The position numbers were made by a program, and so were the translations under genes. Below, one piece after another: positions 10,688 to 18,602 of a stretch of DNA of 64,000 bases (position 1 is the first letter of the stretch; each line of letters begins with the position of its first letter). This DNA comes from an uncultured Acidobacteriota bacterium (GTDB lineage Bacteria; Acidobacteriota; Blastocatellia; RBC074): NCBI GenBank assembly GCA_963796275.1, contig CAWCKY010000007.1, positions 928,001-992,000 on the forward strand. The letters run 5' to 3'. The notes under the pieces were generated by a model. The model worked only from the letters and a program-made list of their open reading frames with translations, searched no databases and was not told the origin of the DNA.

Positions 10688-12268
10688 TTAACGTTTCGGT
10701 TCCACGAATTCTTTGATAAAGAGTTTGATTGTGGAAACTTCGGAGAGGGGAAACTTGATATTCAGGTCCAATGACGACAGAGGAACAAAGTAATAAGACC
10801 CGATCTCAAATTCCTCAAAATCCTTCTTATCGTTCTTATCGTTCTTATCCCTTTTTTTTCCTCCGCCATTAATGGTCAGGCCGAGATAGTAGTTGGGAAT
10901 ATCGAGGCTTTTTTTCGCGATCCATTGCGGGTTACTGGTGAATACTTCGTCCGCGTTCGGCTTGAAGCTCTCGCAGGAGACTTTGCCTTTCTTTATGATT
11001 AACCAGCAAGGAGAGTTGTTATCGGTGATGCGCCTCTGATCTTTATCAAGCTTCTCTCCGAAATTGACGCGAAACCTCGCTTCGCCACCGAGATCCAGCG
11101 CCTTGGTTGCGAGCTCGCGCGACAATACCGGGTCTTTGCGATAGTAGAGGTAGATCGCAGCCAACATCGAAATCGCTTCCGGCTTATCAGGTACCATCTC
11201 TCGCAACCGCTCGAGGATAGCCGTGGCATCATTGATCTTCTGTTCCGAAGCTTTTCCATCATTGAAGGGTCTGATCCGCTCGAGATGTTGATTAAACGAG
11301 CTGTAAAAGGTCGGTTTGTCCGGCTCTGCGATAGCGGTATATGCGCGCTGCAACTGGCCGCGGTAGCCTTCATCCGTCAGTCCTTTGCGGGTCACGCTCA
11401 AACGATAATCGCTCGATCTATTTGATCTATCGATGACACGCAGTGTGTATTCGCCTGCGGCAGGGAGGATCAATTGTCTGCTGGAAGGATCATCCGATTC
11501 GCCATCGGGCCCCATTTCAAGCGGATTCCCTGTTTGATCGATGACCTGAATTGACAGGTCCGCTGCCGGTTCGGATTGCAGATCGAATTGAATAATGTCG
11601 CCTCCGAGGGCGCCATCGAGCACGTACGAATGAAAGTATCCCTTCGTATTTTCAGCACAATAGGAAGTCGGTGGGCTGAGCTTTCCGGTTAATGAATCGT
11701 CGAACTTGATCCTCGGCAGCGTTGTCGGAGGAGGGTTGCAGATGCGCGCCTCTTCAGTGGAGGCGATCTTTTCGCGCGCGGATGCGACGAAGGAGGCCGA
11801 GCCGTTTTTCGCCAGATTAGTGATTGTGACGGATGCGAGGTTGAACACTAACCCATCGTGAGCGGGTATGATTTTATAATTACGTTTGCAAGGCAGTTTG
11901 TTAAATTTGTATGTGCCAGTTCCATCGGTTACGCCGCTGCTCTGGTCGGCATCGTCCATAGTCAAGGTTACAGCTGAGATCGGTTCGCCGCCTGGTGTGG
12001 TTACCTTGACATTAATCGTACAAGTATTCGCGGCTGTATTGCGCGATCGTGGCGGTTTTTGTCGCTGTCGTTCAGGTTTTGGTGGAACTACGGCAGGTTT
12101 GTTTTCCTGCGGGCTTCCACAGCTACCATCTTTATTCGGAGGTCTGCCTCCAGGGCATTGCGCGTTGGCATTGTCCGGGGAGACGGAGACAATCGCAAAC
12201 AACAGCAACAGGGATAATCTCCTCAGGAGGAATGAAAAAATCATCTTGGTGTTATCTCTTTTGCGCAA
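10688..12268 (-). CDS. Exported multi-domain protein (carboxypeptidase-regulatory-like, PPC-like, TPR-like); last gene of the T6SS-like operon
   Basis: Signal-like LSLLLLFAIVS...ANAQ; GVTDGTGTYKFNKLP; LILPAAGEYTLRV; overlaps the 3' end of the upstream kinase gene. Confidence 0.65.
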   Translation of the reverse strand: MRKRDNTKMIFSFLLRRLSLLLLFAIVSVSPDNANAQCPGGRPPNKDGSCGSPQENKPAVVPPKPERQRQKPPRSRNTAANTCTINVKVTTPGGEPISAVTLTMDDADQSSGVTDGTGTYKFNKLPCKRNYKIIPAHDGLVFNLASVTITNLAKNGSASFVASAREKIASTEEARICNPPPTTLPRIKFDDSLTGKLSPPTSYCAENTKGYFHSYVLDGALGGDIIQFDLQSEPAADLSIQVIDQTGNPLEMGPDGESDDPSSRQLILPAAGEYTLRVIDRSNRSSDYRLSVTRKGLTDEGYRGQLQRAYTAIAEPDKPTFYSSFNQHLERIRPFNDGKASEQKINDATAILERLREMVPDKPEAISMLAAIYLYYRKDPVLSRELATKALDLGGEARFRVNFGEKLDKDQRRITDNNSPCWLIIKKGKVSCESFKPNADEVFTSNPQWIAKKSLDIPNYYLGLTINGGGKKRDKNDKNDKKDFEEFEIGSYYFVPLSSLDLNIKFPLSEVSTIKLFIKEFVEPKR

Positions 12269-14586
12269 CGAAAACCTAATACTGCATAGGCGTTTCTGAC
12301 CTGGCTCAACGCGGACGGCTGATATTCACTACGGAATACTGCCGAAGCGTCTCGAGGCTGATCAAAATATGCGCCACCTCGGATGACTTTGCAAGGTTCG
12401 TCGCATTTCCCTGGTTCTGTTTGATAGGAGCTTCCCGGGTATACTTTGAAATCGCTAGACGTCCACTCCATAGCGTTACCTGACATGTCTGAGACACCGA
12501 ATGGGCTGTCTCCGCTCGGAAAACTGCCGACCGTCGAAAATCCGCCAATGGTATTGGCAATGTTCGCTCTTCCTGTTTCGAAAGCATCCCCCCAGGGATA
12601 TAACCTGCCGTCAGTGCCGCGCGCAGCGAATTCCCATTCTTCCTCGGTGGGCAGGCGCTTACCCAAAGACCTACAAAAACGGTCAGCCTTAACCCAGGTT
12701 ACACCAGTTGCGGGTAGTCTGTTTCCATCTTTATTCCGATCATTCCGGTATGCGCCGACAGTCACCTCATATTTGTCGATGAAAAACGGATTCACCGTCA
12801 CTTCGTGAGATGGCCCAGATTGATTATCGCTTGCCGCCGTGCCAAAACCCAATTTAAATGTTCCGCCGCGAATGTAGATCATCCCTTCAGGCGCGACCGG
12901 TTCAGCATCAGCCCGACCAGACTGGTTATTCGGGGCAGGCGGAACTGTCGAGGATGTAGGAGCTGTCGTATCGGCGGCAGGCGAGTTCGTCTTCGTTTCC
13001 GATATTTGATCGGCTTTGTTTCCCAACCAGATAAAAATCGCCACTATCAAAACGGCTACGGCTGCCACTGCCGCGTATACCAACCATCTGCTTTGATTGG
13101 GTATCTGTGTGCTGCATTCCGGGCAGAACTTAAGCAATAAGGATACGCGCGCACTGCAATTACTGCATGTCTGCTTGGTCTCTATGGCACGCCATCGTTG
13201 CGCCAGCTCACCGATTATACGTTTGACGGGTTTCAACAGATCAAATTGAGGGCGGATGTCTAACTGCATCGGAGCATATGCCTGTTTCCATACCTCGACT
13301 TTAAGCGGCGATTCGGCGGGTAGATATTTGGGATGTGTGACCCTGATGGCATATGAACCGGCAGCGATCGATTCTAAATAGAGTCTGCCGTTTTGATCGG
13401 TATTTCCATAGGACTTACCGGAAATCTCTACGCTCGCGTTCGGCACGTTGCAGGAAATAATCAATTCACCTATTTGCTTGCGCTCGAGCTTCGCAACGAC
13501 GGTCAATTCTTCATTGGGTTGGAGTTCTACTGATCTGTTCAGGGAGACGTAACGCGGTGATTCAACCTCGATCAGATACTGGCGCGGCGTCATATTTTTC
13601 TTACTCCACCACCCATCCTCTCCGGTACGTCCTTCGTGCTTGCCGTTCAGATATATCTCAGCTTGCGTAACGATCAGGCCGCTATTGTCGTCGACGCATT
13701 GAAGCACGATCTCGCTCATAGCGATGTTGGCCGCCTGCCTTAAGGCGCGCGCAAAATCGATCGCCGTAGGATAGCGATCGAGCGGTCTTTTTGCGATCGC
13801 TTTCAACACGACATCCTCGATCGCCTGGGGGATATCGGGGTGGATATCGCGCAGCGGCCGGGGCAGTATCGACCGGTGCATATCCATCACCTGCCCCTCG
13901 CTATCGCCCTCGAATGGGACCTGACCGGTCAGCAATTGATAGGTTATGATGCCGAGACTGTATATATCGGCGCCCTGATCGATCGGGCTGTGAGCAATGG
14001 TCTGCTCCGGTGAGATGTAGTATGACGTACCGGCCACGCGAGTGTTGGTTCCTATCGTCGTGCTGAGCACCTTGGCGATCCCGAAATCCAGTACGCGAAT
14101 ACTCTCTTCCCCGTTCTCCTCCCGAACGAGCATGATATTGCCCGGTTTCAGGTCTCGGTGAATGATCCCTTTCCTGTGAGCGTATGCCACGGCATCGGCG
14201 ATCTGATCGAGCATTTCGATCACGCGCTGAAGCGATGGGGCGCCGCTCGCTTTCAGCTCCTCGGCGAGCGTCAGCCCGTCTAGCCATTCCATCACCATAT
14301 ACGCCGAACCGTCCGGAGTATAATCGGCGCTGATGACCTTAATGATCATGGGATGACGTAATGCGACCGTCTTGGTGGCTTCTTCGAAGAAAAACCCGAC
14401 GCCCTCCTCATTGCTGATCGTCAGGTCGGGCCTCAGTATCTTTATGGCAACTCTGGCTTTGGTGATCTCGTGCTGCGCGCGGTAGACGACACCCATACCA
14501 CCGATTCCGATCAATTCCTGAATCTCGTATCGTTCCAGTATTGTGCCTACAAGTTTGTATGGGTCGCGTTTCACCTGTGAGTTCAT
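12241..14586 (-). CDS. Membrane Ser/Thr kinase with PEGA-like repeats, Zn-ribbon, TM and C-terminal FGE-sulfatase (SUMF1-like) domain
   Basis: IGIGGMGVVY, VAIK, HRDLKPGN, DFGIAK; CSNC..FCPEC; TM WLVYAAVAAVAVLIVAIFIWL; RLPTEEEWEFAARG, DMSGNAMEW, RGG, GFRCA. Confidence 0.9.
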   Translation of the reverse strand: MNSQVKRDPYKLVGTILERYEIQELIGIGGMGVVYRAQHEITKARVAIKILRPDLTISNEEGVGFFFEEATKTVALRHPMIIKVISADYTPDGSAYMVMEWLDGLTLAEELKASGAPSLQRVIEMLDQIADAVAYAHRKGIIHRDLKPGNIMLVREENGEESIRVLDFGIAKVLSTTIGTNTRVAGTSYYISPEQTIAHSPIDQGADIYSLGIITYQLLTGQVPFEGDSEGQVMDMHRSILPRPLRDIHPDIPQAIEDVVLKAIAKRPLDRYPTAIDFARALRQAANIAMSEIVLQCVDDNSGLIVTQAEIYLNGKHEGRTGEDGWWSKKNMTPRQYLIEVESPRYVSLNRSVELQPNEELTVVAKLERKQIGELIISCNVPNASVEISGKSYGNTDQNGRLYLESIAAGSYAIRVTHPKYLPAESPLKVEVWKQAYAPMQLDIRPQFDLLKPVKRIIGELAQRWRAIETKQTCSNCSARVSLLLKFCPECSTQIPNQSRWLVYAAVAAVAVLIVAIFIWLGNKADQISETKTNSPAADTTAPTSSTVPPAPNNQSGRADAEPVAPEGMIYIRGGTFKLGFGTAASDNQSGPSHEVTVNPFFIDKYEVTVGAYRNDRNKDGNRLPATGVTWVKADRFCRSLGKRLPTEEEWEFAARGTDGRLYPWGDAFETGRANIANTIGGFSTVGSFPSGDSPFGVSDMSGNAMEWTSSDFKVYPGSSYQTEPGKCDEPCKVIRGGAYFDQPRDASAVFRSEYQPSALSQVRNAYAVLGFRCAKEITPR

Positions 14587-14758
14587 AAACTATCGCCCTC
14601 AGGGGATCAAGAATAACTGAATGTCAATCAGTAGATAGGTGAAGAGGGCTGCGCAAAGCATATTATGGAAAAAAAAGGAGATACGCAAGTCCGACGACCG
14701 TCGGTTTGACGGTCCTGTTATATAGTTACTGCGCATGCCTCCATTCCAATAATAAAGA

Positions 14759-16996
14759 TTAATAAGGTATCTTCGCGATCTCGTTTCTCAACTTTCCTGC
14801 CCATTCGGATCCCAGAGCTTGAAGCTTGTTGTACTGACCGGTTGCTTCATTCCTGCGTCTCTGAGCAACATAAATCAGCCCCAGGTGATAGATGGCCAGC
14901 TCGTTCTGCGGATTAACGTCGATCAATCTCCGGTAAAAATCTCTGGCAATATCATGACCACGCGACTGAGCGAGGAATGCTTTCTGAGCGCAAGTATATG
15001 CTTCCAGGTATTTGACATCACGCCTGATCGCCTCTGCACATTGATTGGCGGCGACCTGATATTTAGCCTGGATGAGATAGATATTTCCGAGTTTCACGTA
15101 AACTATGGGATTCTGGAACCCGAGATTAATGGCCCGGTAATACTGCTCGATCGCCTTATGATAATTCTCCGGCATTCCCGAATAGGCGTCACCGAGCCGA
15201 AGGTTGGCAGCCACATCGCCAGGCCTGACCTTCAATATCTGCTGAAAAGAATTGGCAGCGCTCCTGTACTGTCGGCGGGCGAGAAAATAACTGCCGAGCT
15301 GATGGTACGCCTCCAATAACCCTTCCTGCGCGCTGCGGTTATTCCGTTGAAGGGCCAGCGCCTGCCTATAACTGTCGACTGCCTCCTGAAAACGCTTCGC
15401 CTTGAACGCCTGACCGGCCTTTGCCATCAAATCATCGAATGATTCCGGGCCAGCCGGAGTGGCAGATGGATCAGGTGAGGGTTTGGGATCGATATTCGCT
15501 TCGTCCCCAGTATTACCGGTTATGGGAGTTGGCTCGACGACCGGTGTTGGAGTTATATTCGTCGATTGGTTCTCATTAAACCATTTACGATATGCCCCAT
15601 AAACGACCAGCGAGAGGAATAGAACCAAAACAACCGGAGCGATAATTCGGGGAGAGCGCCATTCAATGCCTACCTTGGGCTCCATAGTAAGATCGAGGCT
15701 GTTCCGCTGCCATGCCTCGATTTCAATTGCGGCTTCTACAGGCTGATGTTTCGGGTGAATGAGCTTCACTCTATGTCGACCCGCATCTACCGAATCGGAA
15801 GTGAACCGCCGGTTGTCATCCGTCACTCCGATTCTTCTCCCGTCAAGCTCTACTCTGGCATTTGTTACATTACACTTTATCTCCAAACTTCCGCGAAGCT
15901 CCCGTTCGAGTTTGATTGCCACGACGAGTTCTTCCTGCGGCTCGAGCGTGAATGATTTTTGTGCGCTCCGGTAACGCGGGAATTCGATCTCAATCCGGTA
16001 TTCCCTGGGAGTCAGCTGCTCTAATCTCAATTCGCCGCTGGCATCGGTATTACCGGCGAACTTGCCGTTGAGATAGACGGAAGCGCCAGCCAGACGCGAC
16101 TGATCGGCGGCATCGGCGCACTCGACGATCAGCGTCGCCGGCTGGATGTTGGCCGCGCTGCGGAAAGCGCGCGCGAGTTCGGTCGCTGACTGATAGCGGT
16201 CTGCTGGTTTTTTGGCGAGCGCCTTGAGCACTACATCCTCGATAGCCTGCGGAATCTCGGGCTTGACTTCTCGCAGCGGCCTGGGAGATGCCTCGCAATG
16301 AAGCTTGATCATTTCCGGCATCGAGTCGGCATCGAACGGTTTCTCCCCGGTCAGCATTTGGTAGAGCACGATGCCGAGGCTGTAAATGTCCGCCCGGCGA
16401 TCTATCGCGGCGCCCTTGGTGAGTTGCTCGGGTGAAGTGTAGTAATAGGTACCGGCGACCTGTGTGTTTGTTCCGAGGGTCGCGTCTAGTACTTTGGCGA
16501 TGCCGAAATCCAGAATGCGTATCGTCTCTTCTTCGTGTTCATCGGACACCAGCATGATGTTGCCCGGTTTCAAGTCGCGGTGAATCACGCTCTTACTGTG
16601 GGCGTGTTCGACTGCCCCGCAGATTTGATCGAGCAATTTCGAAGCCCGTTCGATTGAGAGAGACCCGTGATCTTTCAGCTCGTCAAATAATGTGCGCCCG
16701 TCGAGCCATTCCATCACGAGATAAGCCCAGCCCTCTTCCGTTTGATCGACGTCATTGATGCGAATGATCGACGGGTGCCTCAAAGTAGCGGTATTTCTCG
16801 CTTCAGCCAGAAATGAGGTGACCATCTTCGGATCGCCGGCGAGCGTTGGATCGAGGACCTTCACGGCCACAACATACTCGCCGATTTCGTGCCGCGCACG
16901 GTAAACGACACTCATACCGCCCTGCCCGGCGAATTCCTCGATTCTGTACCGGTTCAGCTTCTCTCCGATTAAACCCAATGGGTCGCGTTTAGCCAT
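14759..16996 (-). CDS. Membrane Ser/Thr kinase with PEGA-like repeats, TM and C-terminal TPRs
   Basis: GQGGMSVVY, VAVK, HRDLKPGN, DFGIAK; TM IIAPVVLVLFLSLVVYGAY; Pro/Thr linker; multiple TPR helices. Confidence 0.9.
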   Translation of the reverse strand: MAKRDPLGLIGEKLNRYRIEEFAGQGGMSVVYRARHEIGEYVVAVKVLDPTLAGDPKMVTSFLAEARNTATLRHPSIIRINDVDQTEEGWAYLVMEWLDGRTLFDELKDHGSLSIERASKLLDQICGAVEHAHSKSVIHRDLKPGNIMLVSDEHEEETIRILDFGIAKVLDATLGTNTQVAGTYYYTSPEQLTKGAAIDRRADIYSLGIVLYQMLTGEKPFDADSMPEMIKLHCEASPRPLREVKPEIPQAIEDVVLKALAKKPADRYQSATELARAFRSAANIQPATLIVECADAADQSRLAGASVYLNGKFAGNTDASGELRLEQLTPREYRIEIEFPRYRSAQKSFTLEPQEELVVAIKLERELRGSLEIKCNVTNARVELDGRRIGVTDDNRRFTSDSVDAGRHRVKLIHPKHQPVEAAIEIEAWQRNSLDLTMEPKVGIEWRSPRIIAPVVLVLFLSLVVYGAYRKWFNENQSTNITPTPVVEPTPITGNTGDEANIDPKPSPDPSATPAGPESFDDLMAKAGQAFKAKRFQEAVDSYRQALALQRNNRSAQEGLLEAYHQLGSYFLARRQYRSAANSFQQILKVRPGDVAANLRLGDAYSGMPENYHKAIEQYYRAINLGFQNPIVYVKLGNIYLIQAKYQVAANQCAEAIRRDVKYLEAYTCAQKAFLAQSRGHDIARDFYRRLIDVNPQNELAIYHLGLIYVAQRRRNEATGQYNKLQALGSEWAGKLRNEIAKIPY

Positions 16997-17024
16997 TTAT
17001 TACTCTAATTACTTATTACTCCGC

Positions 17025-18566
17025 TTACTCCGCTTTTCGTCTTCCGCCGGCAGACCGCTGAAAGATCAAGGTCGCCGCGCCCGCCAGCGATATCTCGTTC
17101 TTGTTTCGCAGTAATTGCCCATTCTCCTTCGGCACCGGCTGTCCATTCACGAATGTCCCATTCACGCTCTCGTCGATTATGTAGAAATCGCGATTCTCCT
17201 GCCAGATCAGGCAATGCCTGCGCGAGATAAGCCGTTTGCGATCGTTGATGACGATGTCTGCTTCACCGTCAACGGCACCGATGAGAGTTTCCGGCCCATC
17301 GAGCACAAAGGTCTCACCCTTGCACGGTCCATCGACGCATCTCAACTCCCAATTTCCGGGGCGAAAGAAAAAATAGAGGCCGAAGAACAACCCGGTAATT
17401 GCCAGGAGGGCGAACCCGATCCAAAAATAAGTGACCGAGGAACACCGTGATGCCCAAGAATCGATCTCTTTATCAAGTCTGGAAGCCAGCAGGTTAGATG
17501 AGTCTATCTGACGCGCCTGAACGATAGTCTCCTTGGCTATCTCGGACTCTTCACAATTTCGCGCAAAGAAAATATCTTTCGCGATGCCGATCTTCAGCAG
17601 AGCATCGAACCGGGAGACCAATCCTTGAAACTCCGAGAATCTGACTGAACCGTCTCTCGCTATCTTTAAAGCATCTGCCAGCCGGTCATCCCTTTCTGCG
17701 GAGTTAATCTGATCATAAAGGGATTTCTTATCGGCATCTTCCGCGATCTTGTCAAGATCTTCCTCGTGCTTCTTGATCTCTTCCTGCAGTCTCCCCCGCG
17801 CGCCGAGGTCCGTCGGATCCAAAAAATCTATCATCAAATTGTCGAGCGCGACCTGTCTCGTCGGATTCCCTTTTGCCTGATCATGTAGTTCCAGCAATCG
17901 CCGCATCCCCTCTTTCTTATCGTCATTAAGTGATGCTGACGATTCGCTCGGGCCAGATCGGCGTAAACTGAGTTCCTGTAGACCGCGCTCGGTCAAGGAC
18001 AACTCGACATGTACCGCCTGCTTCGGTCCTTCCCGGATAATCCGTTCGATCTTCACCAACCCTTTATCCTTCGCCCTGCGTACGGCCGATTCGATCGCGG
18101 CCTGATTGGGACCGGCCAAATCGAAGACGATCAGATCCTGGCTCGAATGTGGCGTCTTATCAGGATCCGCGATTATGTATCCCCGTTTGCGCAGTTCGGC
18201 CAGGACGGGCCGCCAGGTCTCAGGCTTCTCCACTCGCATGTTGGGTGGAAGTGATATCCCCTCGACCTGCGCGTAATGACGAATTACGCCTAGTTGATCG
18301 CTGGCCGCACGAAAACCGGATGTCAGACGCGTGCCGTTCGGCAAACAACATTCCACCAGCAGAGTGAAAGCTACAAAAACAGAAACGTTATCCTTCTCGA
18401 TGACATCCACGCCTCCCTGCTTCTGCTCCTTGGCCGTCTGACCGGAGACACGAGCGACGATCACAAAAGTAAAAAGACCAGGTGTGAAAACCAAAAAGAC
18501 AAAGAGAGGCATGAGAGGCAAATTTTTTTTGTCCCTTTTGCCCCTCTCTATCTTTCTCGTCTCCAT
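17025..18566 (-). CDS. Membrane protein: putative M15-like peptidase domain, helical region, TM, C-terminal FHA domain
   Basis: FHA motifs (LIG...ISRRHCLI...IIDESVNGTFVNG...NEISLAG); TM FWIGFALLAITGLFFGLYFFF; N-terminal TSGFR...PH..D...HVE motif set. Confidence 0.75.
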   Translation of the reverse strand: METRKIERGKRDKKNLPLMPLFVFLVFTPGLFTFVIVARVSGQTAKEQKQGGVDVIEKDNVSVFVAFTLLVECCLPNGTRLTSGFRAASDQLGVIRHYAQVEGISLPPNMRVEKPETWRPVLAELRKRGYIIADPDKTPHSSQDLIVFDLAGPNQAAIESAVRRAKDKGLVKIERIIREGPKQAVHVELSLTERGLQELSLRRSGPSESSASLNDDKKEGMRRLLELHDQAKGNPTRQVALDNLMIDFLDPTDLGARGRLQEEIKKHEEDLDKIAEDADKKSLYDQINSAERDDRLADALKIARDGSVRFSEFQGLVSRFDALLKIGIAKDIFFARNCEESEIAKETIVQARQIDSSNLLASRLDKEIDSWASRCSSVTYFWIGFALLAITGLFFGLYFFFRPGNWELRCVDGPCKGETFVLDGPETLIGAVDGEADIVINDRKRLISRRHCLIWQENRDFYIIDESVNGTFVNGQPVPKENGQLLRNKNEISLAGAATLIFQRSAGGRRKAE

Positions 18567-18602
18567 CTTATCTCCATTTGATTACCGTTATCGGACCCAA
18601 GT

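Noticed and set aside
10820-10850. 9-bp repeats (also near 40712-40737)
   Set aside because: Short in-frame coding microrepeats (DKN, GQT) in linkers
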